A stretch of DNA of 64,000 bases from Heterodontus francisci (lineage: Eukaryota): the NCBI RefSeq assembly GCF_036365525.1, contig NC_090421.1, positions 7,072,725 through 7,136,724 on the forward strand, given 5' to 3'. The translations under genes were made by a program, and so were the position numbers. The notes beneath the pieces were generated by a model. That model had not been told where the DNA came from, did not search any database, and was given only the letters and a program-made list of their open reading frames with translations. How positions within the stretch are numbered: position 1 is the first letter of the stretch; each line of letters begins with the position of its first letter. Below, piece after piece: positions 11,461 to 25,066 of the stretch.

Positions 11461-12762
11461 CCTCCATTTAAACTATGCATCAATGCCTGGAAATGTGGCC
11501 GAAAAATTAAACTTTAAACGTTGGCGCTGTGAAATAATGTGTAAATTAGAGCTGGAAGGGAACCTATGAAAATGGCCTTATCAAATTCTGTTTAAAATTT
11601 CTACCAAAGTAATTAGTATGCAATGTTTGACCTAAACACAAGATGTACTGGTTTGTATAAAGGCACATTCTTTTGTAAATGCAAAATTGAGAGATTATAC
11701 TTGGCTTAAACAAGTACGACGACTAAAAAGGTAAACTAAAATAAAAACAAAATTCTGATGAAGAGACGTGTTCTCTTTACAGAAAATGTGTATTTCCAGC
11801 ATTTTCCGTTTTTATTTTCTGTAAAATAATGGGATTACAGACGGACAGTAAAATCTATGATTTGCAAAATTTTATCAATGAATTTTTTGTCGCCAGTTCC
11901 ATTCAGATTTAGTCTATTGGTACAACGGGTACAGACTGTCTTCTAAAGTCGATGGTTAGTTTAATAAATTAATTATGAAGGGAGGGAAATTCAAATTGAC
12001 CAATCATCAGTTACTTGTAAATCAACGTGGGCACAGCACCGCCTGGAGGCAAACCCCAGCATCTGGCCTGTCCTGGATCGTTCCTTTGCACCAGCTTTTT
12101 AAAAATGCTAACACCATATGTTATCTTCTGTTTCCAGCCTCCCCGAACCTCCAAAGTATTATTTGTGGCAAAAACAGAGCAGGCTGGAAATACCCAGCAA
12201 GTCAGTGGAGAAAAACAAGTTAACGTTTCAGGCACATTGCCCTTCAGATTTCCAGTGTTTTTTTATGTATGGCTTAGCTTACTGTCTGATTTGTTCCCCC
12301 AATCAAGACGTCTCCCTCTAGCTTGAAGAATCTTGTTTACAGTAAAGACATCTTAAATGTTATGGAAATACTGCAAGTGGGATGCTGTTTTGCAAAATAT
12401 TGTCCTATTTCACAAGTGGACAGTTATTATTCACAGTTAATTGAGATGTTAAAACATAGTACGGTATTTAAAATGATCCTCAATACCACCACTCCCCACC
12501 CCCAGCAGTAGCAGTTCTACAGTTGTCCTCAGAAATCTTGAACTAGAACAATTTGCATTACATAACATTTAATGTAATAAAACGTCCTAAGGCACTTTAC
12601 AGGAGAGCTGTCACACAAAATTTGATAACAAACCACGTTTGATCAAAGAGCAAGGTTTAAAGAAGCACCTTAAAGGGGGAGGGGGAAGGTACAGAGCTTA
12701 AGACCTCGGCAGCTGAAGGCGAAGAGGCAAGCACAAAAAAACCCAATAAAAATAAGAAATAA

Positions 12763-13401
12763 GGAATCGAGTTTCCGTTTTGGGTGCAATCAAGAAATTG
12801 CGCCCAAAATGCACTTCAAATTGCGCTGGCTAGGTTACAGTTCAAGTTTCCGCTAAAATTCATTTACGCATCAAATGTAAAATCTTCCATGAACCAGCAA
12901 TCAGGCAGCATAATAAAATATAATCGTTTCTTTTTTTTAAATGTCCGTTGAAAAGTATTTCTTGATGTATTTCAGAGTGGCAACCAGGTGCAATTTTATT
13001 AATACAGCTGAAAATGACTTTAAAAAACTAGACTGAACTATTGAATAGTTTTATTGGTGTACACTAGTCAGTATCTTAGTAAATTAAGTATTTTTTGATA
13101 TGAAAACACTCTTAAAACGTGTCTACTGGTGCCTGCGCACTTAAGAAAATGTGCCCAATTTGAAGAACCAATGCAATCGGGTGGATCTCGCAAATTTGAT
13201 CCCGGCGGTGCAGACAGTTTTGCGGGCGGGACCTGATCCAAGTGAATTGAATCTGAAACGAGTGCAAAAAAAATCACGGAAACACGAACGTAAGTGGGTT
13301 TAGGCGTTAATCGCTACATTTAAAATTCCCCACACTTGTTCAGCCAATTCCGCTTGGACTACGTTAATATTACTTGTGGAACCAAGCGGAAACTCAATCC
13401 C
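12763..13401. mobile_element. PIF/Harbinger-type MITE
   Basis: Imperfect TIRs GGAATCGAGTTTCCG / CGGAAACTCAATCCC flanked by TAA on both sides (12760-12762, 13402-13404). Confidence 0.7.
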
Positions 13402-13584
13402 TAAATTCATAACCCGCTCATTCATTGTATGTGGCATTTTGTGGCTCTTGCATCCCACTGCCACCTTGATGGTTCAATAGCTAAATAATACCACATAACA
13501 CAGCAGTGAACCGTACAAAGAAGATTCAGTTCCTTGAATTAGTAGTCGGATGTAAAATTTGGTCCTATACCCCTACATGTAGTA

Positions 13585-13722
13585 ATAAAAGCAAAATACT
13601 GCGGATGCTGGAAATCTGAAATAAAAATAAGAAACGCTGGGAACACTCAGCAGGTCTGGCAGCATCTTTGGAGAGAGAAACAGAGTTAACATTTCAGGTC
13701 AGTGACCCTTCATCAGAACTGG
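13585..13722 (-). mobile_element. Penelope-like element terminal remnant carrying a minimal hammerhead ribozyme motif
   Basis: Minus strand reads agtt-CTGATGA-agggtcactgacct-GAAA-tgtt-aact (13684-13720). More decayed relatives lie at about 1480-1575, 2765-2830, 11750-11815 and 12175-12250. Confidence 0.7.
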
Positions 13723-13817
13723 CCCCTACATTTAGTGTTTTCCCTGTTATCTATGCACACTGAGAACATTTATTTGAGCACTCTTGACCTTTCTTTATGA
13801 ATCATGAAGTTTAATTA

Positions 13818-14630
13818 GGTGTCAGCCCTTGCTCAGTGATCACACTCTAGCCCTGGAGTCAGAAGATTCTGGGTTTATATCCCACTCCAGAGATTTGAGC
13901 AAATTATCAGGCTAATACTCCACTGCAGTACTGTGAAAGTGCTGCACTGCCGGAGGTGTCGTTTTTAAGATGAAACGTTAAACCCAGGCCCTGTCTGCCC
14001 TCTCAGCTGGATGTAAAAGATCCCATGGCACTATTCAAAGACGAGCAGGGGAGTTCTGTCCAATGTCCTAGTCAATATTTATTCCTCCAACATCATTAAA
14101 ACAGATCATCTGATTATTATCACATTGCTGTTTGTGGGAGCTTGCTGTGCGCAAATTGGCTGCCACGTTTCCTACATTACAACAGTTACTACACTTCATA
14201 GCGTCATAGAGAGATACAGCACTGAAACAGGCCCTTCGGCCCACCGAGTCTGTGCCGACCATCAACCACCCATTTATACTAATCCTACATTAATCCCATT
14301 TCCCCCCTCACATCCCCACCTTCCCTCAATTCTCCTACCACCTACCTACACTAGGGGCAATTTACAATGGCCAATTTACCTATCAACCTGCAAGTCTTTT
14401 GGCTGTGGGAGGAAACCGGAGCACCCGGCAGAAACCCACGTGGTCACAGGGAGAACTTGCAAGCTCCACACAGGCAGTACCCAGAATCGAACCCGGATCG
14501 CTGGAGCTGTGAGGCTGCGGTGCTAACCACTGCGCCACTGTGCTGCAGAAGTACTTCATTGGCTGTAAAGCGCTTTGGGAGATTTTGAGGTTGTGAAAAT
14601 TGCTACAGAACTTCAAGTCTTCCTTCTTAA
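13818..14630 (+). mobile_element. Full-length DeuSINE (SacSINE1/AmnSINE1-like), interrupted by an HE1-like SINE
   Basis: tRNA-like head (gctcagtg...gggtt..tcccactcc), Deu core (gatgtaaaagatcccatggcactatt), and 3' tail ggctgtaaagcgctttggga. Confidence 0.75.
14200..14546 (-). mobile_element. HE1-like V-SINE nested in the DeuSINE
   Basis: Reverse complement of 62600-62949; the host SINE resumes on both sides. Confidence 0.85.
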
Positions 14631-15295
14631 TTAATAAAAGCTAAAGCTCAAAGGCAATAAGGGATGGGCAATAAATGCTGTCCTATCCAGCGACGCCTAC
14701 ATCCCATGAATGAATAAAAAAAAATCTCTCGTTTTCTGCTGCAGAAGCTGGTGGTGCGCTAGAGGTTGCTCTTCTCTCAAATCTCTCATTCCATCCCTTT
14801 CAGTTAGAAAACGCAGCAGTTCCTCCACTTCAGCCAACGCCATCTGCAGCAGAACATAAGAAATAGGAGCAGGAGTAGGCCATGCAGCCCTTCGAGCCCA
14901 CTCCGCCATTCAATGAGATCATGGCTGATCATCTGCTTCAACATCATTTTCTTGCACTGTTCCTGTATCTCTTGATGTTTTTAATATGTAGAATATACTC
15001 AAAGACTGAACCTCCACAGCCCTCTGGGGCAGAGAATTCCAAAGATTCATCGCCCTCTGAGTGAAGATGTTCCTCCTCATCTCAGTCCTAAATCGCCTAC
15101 CCCTTATTCTGAGACTGTTTTTGTTTCTGTTTTTATTTGAAAGACTGAAGACCTCATGCGCTCCCTCTACAGGTATAGCAGCTCACTGCATTTTATATCT
15201 GTTGATGGTCATGAGGAAGGGCAGGATCCATTCACGAACAATACTTTGAGCTGAACTCAGACAATATCTGACTCTCAGATTTGAAGTTTTGGTAT

Positions 15296-16211
15296 TGTTA
15301 TGGCCAGGTGAGAAAGAAGTCTAGGGGTCCCTCTCAGCCTTCACCCGGTCTTACCATAACAGGGTTTTGTTTTTAAACACACTGTTTTTAGCTCCCCCTT
15401 GGTGATTCCTTGTTCACCACTTTCCAATTATAAGGCAAAGAAACCAGCACAAATAAGGTTTTTTTAGGTTTAAAGAAGAAAAGTTGAAATGTATTAAACT
15501 TGAACTTAAACTCTAATTCAGTTAATGCCTACGGATACACGACGCGCCCATGCTAGCAAGCATACACGATACACACATGCAAATAAAGACAGAAAAGAGC
15601 AGAAGAAAAATAAAGTGGAAAAGTTTAAGGCAATATCTGAAGTTTTTGCTACGGTTCTTCAAGCTCACTGTAGAGTCCTTGATTGTAGGTAGATCTTGCT
15701 TTTCGTTGGGGCCCAGTATTCTTCTTAAACCTTGTTCGCTGTAGGAGACTTTTCTCTCTTGGGGTTCATGTGTCTTCAATGGATTCAGAGGCTTGTGAGA
15801 AAGAAATGGGAGCAGAGAGGAGAGATCTTCTCAGTCCAGGAGCAAACAGTTTTTCAATTCAAACTGTTTGTACAATTCAGAAAAAAAACAGGTTGCCAAG
15901 CAGGCTAGTCACGTGACCAGCTGGTCTGACCACGTCTGTTTGTGGATTCTCTGGTCTTAGTCGACCCTGGAATGTCTCTTCTTACACACAATACCTTGTG
16001 CTCAAAGTCCATTGTGGGTTAAATTGGATAAGGGAAGTAACCCCTTTGTCTCCACAAGCACTGTCTGTTAATATGCAAACATCTTTCCAGCCAGGGGCCT
16101 GGTGAATTTTTGAACAAGTCTTTTCTTCACTTCAGCAACAGTTTTCAAATCAATGTTCATATGAAAAAATTAATATGCCTCATTCTTGGCAGTTGGGGGT
16201 CTAGCATGACA
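15296..16211 (-). mobile_element. Solo LTR (Gypsy-type)
   Basis: TGTTAT...ATGACA termini and 4-bp TSD GTAT (15292-15295, 16212-16215). Terminal sequence is related to the LTRs at 53268 and 57477. Confidence 0.8.
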
Positions 16212-17044
16212 GTATTCACATGGCCGACATGTGCGGCCAGCATTAAAGGAGAGGCAATTAACTTTGTGGATCAATAACAACCTCCTGACATTCTGACAAT
16301 GCCAAAACTAGGTGTCTGGGTGTCCAAGCAAGTGCATTTTGACTTTGAATTAAAATATGTACTGGGGCACATATTTAAACAACCTCAACTTGTGTGGTTT
16401 GTAAAGAGATTCATTCAGCACCTCATCCATGAGCCTTATGAAGAATTGCACAGAGGTAGAGACCATGGTGAAAGGAATGTTTTATCATTTTCTCTTGAAA
16501 TACGGATGACACTGGCTCGGCTACATTTATTGCTCATCTCTAATTACCCTGAGAAGATGGTGATGGACCTTGTCTTGGAGCTACTGCAGTCCTTGTTGTG
16601 ATCGTGCTCCTCTGATGGTATTCCAGGATTTTGACCCAATGACAATGAAGGAATGTTAGTGTATGTCCAAGTTAGGATAGCGTGTGACTTGGAAGGAAAC
16701 TCCCTCAGGATAGTGTTTCCACAATGATGCTGTTCCTGTCCTTCTCGATAGTAGAGGTTGTGGGGAGGTTTGACAGGTGCTATTGAAAGTTGTTACAATA
16801 CAAAAGCCATTGCACCACACAGTTAATCATCATGTAGTCCTGCAGAAGAAGAGAGAGTGGTATCTACAGGGTGAATATGTGGCGTATGGAAAAGGGCCGG
16901 TAATAATCAGGCCTGGTTAAGCAGGTCCAAAAGAGTTTGCAGCCTGTGTGGGAGTAATGTCTCTTGGAGAACATGTTCAATTGTTTGATCAACCTGGGCA
17001 TCAAACACAACCAATTTATTCCCATGGGGATAACAGCATAATAG

Positions 17045-17692
17045 TGTTATGAAGGTGCTTCTATTTAAAAAAAAATTTTTTTTTGAGGATTCGTTTGTTA
17101 GAATTGTGGAGATGGAATCACTGGAGAATGGAAGTAATTCTATAGATGTTGGACTTTGTTTTTTTAAAAGAGGTCGCCGGAAGGACACTTGAGGTCTTGT
17201 TTGAAAACAACCTTTACTGGATGTCACATGCCTTAAGCTCAATAAACAACAGAAACCTTGGTGACTTGGGGGAGATGTTTACAGAGAAGTGACATGTCAC
17301 GACTTATGAAGGTCAGGCAGTTCTGACTTGCTGTTTGGTTTTGCTTCTGAGACATTGTTTTGGTTCAGTTGAGGTGTTGGCTGTGTTTGAAAGCAGTTGG
17401 AGATCAACCTGCCAAGAGAGAAACACCCAGCTTGCCTCCTTCCTCTTGTCTCTGTGAAAAGCCGTGTTTCTCCTGGAAAGCTTTCCAGATTAATTCTCGA
17501 TGCTGCCTGAAAAGAACTGCTCGAGAAAAGATCCCAGTAACCTGTCTACGTCTACTCAGATGTCAGACTGTATGCCATTTTGGGACACAACATATGTCAT
17601 CCATTTTCTTCAAGAATTAACAAGTATTTGGCCAAAGTTTTTTTTTGTATAAGAGCTCTGCAGAGAAAATCTCTTTATTTTTCAGTTAACTG

Positions 17693-17723
<31 letters not shown>

Positions 17724-17986
17724 AGAGGGACCAAAATAAAAAGGGAACTTTCATAATTCAATCTGTGTGTTAATGCTTTCCTTCAATACTGGATAAGTCT
17801 TGTTGTATAATAAACTGATAATTTTGTTGTTTATTAAAGAAACCTGGTTGGTGTATTTTATTCTGGGACAAAGAGTAGAGTACATGATTGACCGTATCGG
17901 TAACTGAGTAAACATTTAAATATATGTTGTGACCTGTGAAGTGGAACTCGAAAAGACAGTGCACTCCTCCCACCTCGGTCGTAACA
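17045..17986 (+). mobile_element. Solo LTR (Gypsy-type)
   Basis: TGTTAT...GTAACA termini, TSD ATAG/ATAA (one mismatch), internal (TG)n and AATAAA. Confidence 0.7.
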
Positions 17987-20077
17987 ATAACATCACTATT
18001 GCCAGATTGTACAAACACATTCAGTGAGGGTGAAGACCTTCCAGGTGTGAGTGGTCACAAATGTTGAGAATTTTATAATAGTGGGGCATGTTGCAGATTA
18101 AAGGTGGGGTTGAGATCTTCTATTACCTGAGCAAAGAAGATGATTCAATTAGTGGTGCCATCGCTTCTTAAGATGGAAGTACTGAAGCAGATCCATGATT
18201 AGGCACGATATCAGGGAGATCCATCTATCTGTACAGGCAGATTCATTTGAGAAAGCCAGGAGAAATATGTCAATGAATATGTGAAGAGATGAAATGGTAT
18301 AAAAGATGCACTGAGAGTAAAATTTGTGAGCCAGAGGGCAGAGTGCCACGGAAACAATTCAAACCACTTACTCAGAAGAGATGCACTATTTGGATTACTG
18401 GACAGCAAAAAGAACAACATTGTAATAATGAAGCACTCACCAAAGATGTCTCAGGCATTTCACTGTGCCTGCCAGACTGCAAAGCGGGTCACTCAAAAGA
18501 TTTAGGACCACTTCTTTTGGATATATGAATTCTCAGAATTTTAAAAAAATTCTTTCATGGTATGTGGGCGTCACTGGCAAGGCCAGCATTTTTGCCCATC
18601 CCTAATTGCCCTTGAGAAGGTGGTGGTGAGCTGCCTTCTTGAACCTCTGCAGTTCATGTGGGGTAAGTACACCTACAGAGCTGTGAGGAAGGGAGTTCCA
18701 GGATTTTGACCCAGTGACAGTGAAGGAACAGCGATATAGTTCCAAGTCAGGATGATGCGTGGCTTGGAGGGGAACTTGCAGGTGGTGGTATTCCCATGCA
18801 TCTGCTGCCCTTATCCTTCGAGGGGATAGTGATCACGGGTTTGGAAGGTGCTGTCTAATGAGACTTGGTGAGTTGCTGCAGTGCATCTTGTGGATGGGGT
18901 GCCAATCAAGCGGGTTGCTTTGTCCTGGAATACATAGAGACAAACAGAAGCAGCATTTGAACTCCAGTTAATTCATGGGCTATTGGAGGTTGCTGGCGTG
19001 GTCTGTAATTTCTCCATTATTCACCAACTGGTAGGGAGTGAAAATGGGGAACAATTTAATCAGACCCTTGGTGGAACTCTGCCTTCCTGTCGTAAGAATA
19101 AACAGCCTCCAATGTAAAGTATACTTACCCTTGCTTACAGCTGTATGGTACATGACCTAACAGGAATTACATTTTTTTTTGCTTTGTGTTCGACCAGATT
19201 CCATAATTCCATAGATTTAGTCATGTTCAGGGCAGAAGTGTTGTAAATTATAGTTCATACATTTACAACGTACTGAAGACATTTGTGCAGCTATCTGACT
19301 TTCTCTAGAGAATACTAACAGAGTATCAACCTCATCAAAAGCAGTATTTTGGAAGGTGAAAGGAGCCTCAATAGAAGCAAGCAATTCAATACTTCTTGCT
19401 AATTAAAAAAAGAGAATAAGATAGCCGACCAGTGGTAATCCACTATGTACCAAATAGTTGGGAAGCATACACAAATCCCAGTAAATAGAATAGAATATGT
19501 CTTAGCAGGTGAAGAGCTAGCAGTATATGGGAATCTTCTGATGCAAGCTCATTTCCTTCCCTTGGCCAATGGAGATGACCACAGTACAGTTTCAATGATA
19601 GGAGAAAGATAAATTGAGAGTCCGAGAACAATGACCAGTTTTTATCTTCGGCACTACAAACTGAAGATAGAACCTGAACTAGAGAATTGGGGGAGCAATA
19701 TTTTCTCTGAGGGTCGCGAGTCTTTGGAACTCTATTTCTCAAAAGGCGGTGGAAGAAGAGTCTTTGAATATTTTTAAAGCAAAGGTAGATATATTCTTGA
19801 TAAGTAAGGGGGTGAAAGGTTATTGGGGGTAGGCAGGAATGTGGAGTTGAGGTTACAATCAGATCAGCCATGATCTTGTTGAACGGCGGAGCAGGCCTAC
19901 TCCTGCTAATTTGTATGTTCATATAGTGTAGTGATATAATGATGAAAATGTGACAATAGCTTGTGAATAATGTTATGTACACTTTGTCCTTGTACCAAAA
20001 ATTGGCAAAAATATTAACAAGCTAAGATGTGAAAAGTGAACCATTGCATTTGAAATGTTGCATCGCCTGTTTATTTC

Positions 20078-20436
20078 GCCGTCCATGTCTCCGCTATAAA
20101 GACGTCTGCAAACGCGACATGAAATCCTGTGACATTGATCACAAGTCGTGGGAGTCAGTTGCCAGCGATCGCCAGAGCTGGCGGGCAGCCATAAAGACGG
20201 GGCTAAAATGTGGCGAGTCGAAGAGACTTAGTAGTTGGCAGGAAAAAAGACAGAGGCGCAAGGGGAGAGCCAACTGTGTAATAGCCCCGACAAACAAATT
20301 TCTCTGCAGCACCTGTGGAAGAGCCTGTCACTCTAGAATTGGCCTTTATAGCCACTCCAGGCGCTGTTTCACAAACCACTGACCACCTCCAGGCGCTTAC
20401 CCATTGTCTCTCAAGATAAGGAGGCCCAAAGAAGAA
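20078..20436 (+). mobile_element. 5'-truncated copy of the same RTE family (3' ~360 bp)
   Basis: Near-identical to 8955-9309; encodes the RTE C-terminus and ends gaggcccaaagaagaa. Confidence 0.9.
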
Positions 20437-22439
20437 TGTTATGAATGACTGGGGACATTTGAATCCCTTATGTATAACGGAGGGAGAACACATAAGCAAG
20501 AACAGCATAGAAAGGGTTTGCTTAAAGAAAGGAAATTTTTGTACAATTTTTGCCTATATGAATTCTTAGAAACAATTAGATGCAGCAATGGGGGAAATGT
20601 TGTAAATTTCTGGACAGATGAATTAATATGGGCACAATGACCTTGGAATCACAACCAGTATGATTCACCACCTCCAGAACTGGTGAGAATTACAAGGGAG
20701 AGGGAGATGAAACCTGAACTGACACATTTCAAAATTACATCAGACTGAACTTAACTGAAGGCTCAATGGATTGATCCATACCACGCCACCAATAAATGCT
20801 GGTCTAGCCAGCGACTCCCACATCCCACGAACAAATAAAAAAAACTACTTTGGTTGGCATGCCTTAAATTTTCCTTATGTTATTATTAAGCAAATAGTGA
20901 TAGTGTACAGCTTACAGTGCCTGAACAAATGTTCATTTCAAATAAAGAGTCCATTAGCAAGCAACACATTAAAGGCCTGGGGGGGTGGGGGGGAAAGAGA
21001 GGAGGTTGTAATTAATTTAGGCACAGACTTTAGATCCAATTCTACTGCTAATACATTTACAAAAATATATATATTTTCATAAAATTTTACTTCGCTTCAT
21101 CACAAAAAGTATCTGCAATCTGTGCTGAGTTAACAAGTCTCAAACAGAGTAGCAATTGGGGTACGACACTTGACCTCAGTCAGAGAGGATAAAATTAGCC
21201 AAGATTGATTCTGCTGATCACTAACCAGTGACCGATGCTGGCCACTGAGTGAGGCCTGGATCAAGTTTGGCTGTGTTGCCTTGCATGATAAAATTGCCTG
21301 CCAACACTGAGCGGAGGTTCACACCCTATGAATGGGCATTTGCAAGAGGTACCAGAGAGCTGCTGGCATCTAAAACAAAACTGCATCCTAGAGAGAAAAA
21401 AATCACAAAAAGCAGCACCTGAGGGATGGGTGGGGTAAGAAAAAAAAAATTGGTAGAAAAGCTTGCACCAGGAAGTGCATTAACAATGTTCTTAAATCTC
21501 TAACTAAAAAAAAAACAACATACGCTCAGTAAGGCATTTTAAGGGAAATTCCAGTCCTGTGCTTCAGTGAGTAGCTGCACACACAGCACAGTTCAGAGAT
21601 TCGGAGACACAATGTTGCAGCCCTATTCCATACCCATGTTCTCAAGTGCAGCTTCCTCATTCTGAGGGTGGGATTAACTTACCCTGTTGGTACCTGCATT
21701 TTCTGTTGATTTAAATGTCGCACTATCTGGATTGTGAAATTCAGTATGGCGACATGAACACCAATTTAAAGATATCAAATCCAAGTGCATTAGATCCAGC
21801 ATGTGGATTTTCAGTACAAAACCTGCAACACCATTCCCTCTTTGCTCATTAGAAAGAGGAAGTAGATGTACAATCATTTTGAAAAGATGCTGACATCAAC
21901 CTAAAAATCAACATCAACCTCACTTCCCTTTGCAAAACAAAGTTCTTTTTTGGATTCTGAGAGCATTATACTAACTACATCCTTATTGAACCTCATCTCA
22001 CTGCACTGTAATTGTCATAATTGAATGAAAAACTTAATTGCTGCCTGACAGCATAGCTCTGGCAACCTTAACATGTTTCTAGTTTTCAAGCTACTCACTC
22101 AATTTGCAAAAACTTTCCTACACATCTTAAATACTAAATATTATGTTGAATCAAAATATAAAAGCACAAAATGATTTGGCTCAGTTAACAGTTAGCCAAG
22201 TGGCTATTGAAGCCAAATCAATCAAAAGACTTGAAGAAAAATATTGAAGGCTATGGGGAGAGGGCAGAGAAATGGGATGAGAGCTAGCACCAGCACGATG
22301 GGCCAAATGGTCTTTGTGCTATAGTTCCCATGGTTCAATGCCTTGAACAAATGTTTAATTATTTTTCCAAATTATGTATTCCCATATGCCTCAATGGATT
22401 ATTTAGCCAGCTTTTTTAAAAAAAGAGTTTAACTATCAT

Positions 22440-22683
22440 GTTTAGTTTAGTTTAGAGATACAGCACTGAAACAGGCCCTTCGGCCCACTGAGTCTGTGCC
22501 GACCTTCAACCACCCATTTATACTAATCCTACACTAATTCCATATTCCTACCACATCCCCACCTGTCCCTATATTTCCCTACCACCTATCTATACTAGGG
22601 GCAATTGCTAATGGCCAATTTACCCATCAACCTGCAAGTCTTTGACATGTGGGAGGAAACCGGAGCACCCGGAAGAAACCCAC
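22440..22683 (-). mobile_element. 5'-truncated HE1-like V-SINE
   Basis: Reverse complement of the 3' two-thirds of 62600-62949, with a (TAAAC)n tail. Confidence 0.85.
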
Positions 22684-22927
22684 CTTTAAAATGCAAAATA
22701 ATTGAAGATGTTTTCTTTTCTGTGGCTCCATCTAAATGCTGATATTAATGGGAGATCAATGAGTCCAACAATGTGGGGGAAGCTGAATTAATGCATACAA
22801 GTAAAAAGGCACTCAATAAGATTCCATAAAAGGCACTATTAGCAAAAATGAAAGCCCACATAATTGGAAGCAACCTTTTGACATGAGCAGTAATTGGTTA
22901 AGAGGGCAGAGAGTAGGGATAATGGGT

Positions 22928-25066
22928 ATAAAGAACAAAGAACAGTACAGCACAGGAACAGGCCATTCGACCCTCCAAGCCTGCGCCGATCTTGATGCCT
23001 GCCTAAACTAACACCTTCTGCACTTCCGGGGCCCATATCCCTCTATTCCCTTCCTATTCATATATTTGTCAAGATGTCTCTTAAACGTCGCTATCGTATC
23101 TGCTTCCACCACCTCCCCTGGCAGCAAGTTCCAGGCACTCACCACCCTCTGTGTAAAAAACTTGCCTCGCACATCCCCTCTAAACTTTGCCCCTCGCACC
23201 TTAAACCTATGTCCCCTAGTAACTGACTCTTCCACCCTGCGAAAAAGCTTCTGACTATCCACTCTGTCCATGCCGCTCATAACTTTGTAAACCTCTATCA
23301 TGTCGCCCCTCCACCTCCGTCGTTCCAGTGAAAACAATCCGAGTTTTTCCAACCTCTCCTCATAGCTAATGCCCTCCAGACCAGGCAACATCCTGGTAAA
23401 CCTCCTCTGTACCCTCTCCAAAGCCTCCACGTCCTTCTGGTAGTGTGGCGACCAGAATTGCACGCAATATTCTAAGTGTGGCCTAACTAAGGTTCTGTAC
23501 AGCTGCAACGACTTGCCAATTTTTATACTCTATGCCCCGACCGATGAAGGCAAGCATGCCGTATGCCTTCTTGACTACCTTATCCACCTGCGTTGCCACT
23601 TTCAGTGACCTGTGGACCTGTACGCCCAGATCTCTCTGCCTGTCAATACTCCCAAGGGTTCTGCCATTTACTGTATACTTCCCACCTGTATTAGACCTTC
23701 CAAAATGCATTACCTCACATTTGTCAGGATTAAACTCCATCTGCCATTTCTCCGCCCAAGTCTCCAACCGATCTATATCCTGCTGTATCCTCTGACAATC
23801 CTCATCACTATCCGCAACTCCACCAACCTTTGTGTCGTCCGCAAACCTACTAATCAGACCAGCTACATTTTCCTCCAAATCATTTATATATACTACAAAC
23901 AGCAAAGGTCCCAGCACTGATCCCTGCAGAACACCACTAGTCACATCCCTCCATTCAGAAAAGCACCCATCCACTGTTACCCTCTGTCTTCTGTGACTGA
24001 GCCAGTTCTGTATCCATCTTGCCAGCTCACCTCTGATCCCGTGTGACTTCACCTTTTGCACCAGTCTGCCATGCGGGACCTTGTCAAAGGCTTTACTAAA
24101 GTCCATATAGACAACATCCACCGCCCTTCCCTCATCAATCACCTTCGTCACTTCCTCAAAAAACTCAATCAAATTAGTAAGACACGACCTCCCCTTCACA
24201 AAACCATGCTGTCTCTCGCTAATAAGTTCGTTTGTTTCTAAGTGGGAGTAAATCCTGTCCCGAAGAATCCTCTCTAATAGTTTCCCTACCACTGACATAA
24301 GGCTCACCGGCCTATAATTTCCTGGATTATCCTTACCACCCTTCTTAAACAAAGGAACAACATTGGCTATTCTCCAGTCCTCTGGGACCTCACCTGTAGC
24401 CAATGAGGATACAAAGATTTCTGTCAAGGCCCCAGCAATTTCTTCCCTTGCCTCCCTCAGTATTCTAGGGTAGATCCCATCAGGCCCTGGGGACTTATCT
24501 ACCTTAATGCTTTGCAAGACACCAAACACCTCCTCCTTTTTGATAATGAGATGACTGAGACTATCTACACTCCCTTCCCTAGGCTCATCATCCACCAAGT
24601 CCTTCTCCTTGGTGAATACTTATGCAAAGTACTCATTTAGCACCTCACCCATTTCCTCTGGCTCCACGCATAGATTCCCATCTCTGTCCTTGAGTGGGCC
24701 AACCCTTTCCCTGGTTACCCTCTTGCTCTTTATATATGGATAAAAAGCCTTGGGATTTTCCTTAATCCTGTTTGCCAATGACTTTTCATGACCCCTTTTA
24801 GCCCTCCTAACTCCTTGCTTAAGTTCCTTCCTACTGTCTTTATATTCTTCAAGTGCTTCATCTGTTCCTAGCCTTCCAGCCCTTAGAAATGCTTCCTTTT
24901 TCTTTTTGACTAGGCTCACAATATCCCGTGTTATTCAAGCTTCCCGAAACTTGCCAAACTTGTCCTTCTTCCTCACAGGAACATGCTGGTCCTGGATTCC
25001 AATCAGCTGACGTTTGAAAGACTCCCACATGTCAGATGTTGATTTACCCTCAAACAGCCGCCCCCA
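22928..25066 (-). mobile_element. CR1 LINE (HER1-like) ORF2, 5'-truncated and frameshifted; inserted into an older + strand CR1 (about 22780-25940)
   Basis: ORF pieces 24620-24919, 23483-24598 and 23008-23508 carry PGPDG, QHGF, DFSKAFD, QGSVLGP, FADD and LVRPHLEYC; (TTCT)n-type tail. Confidence 0.9.
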
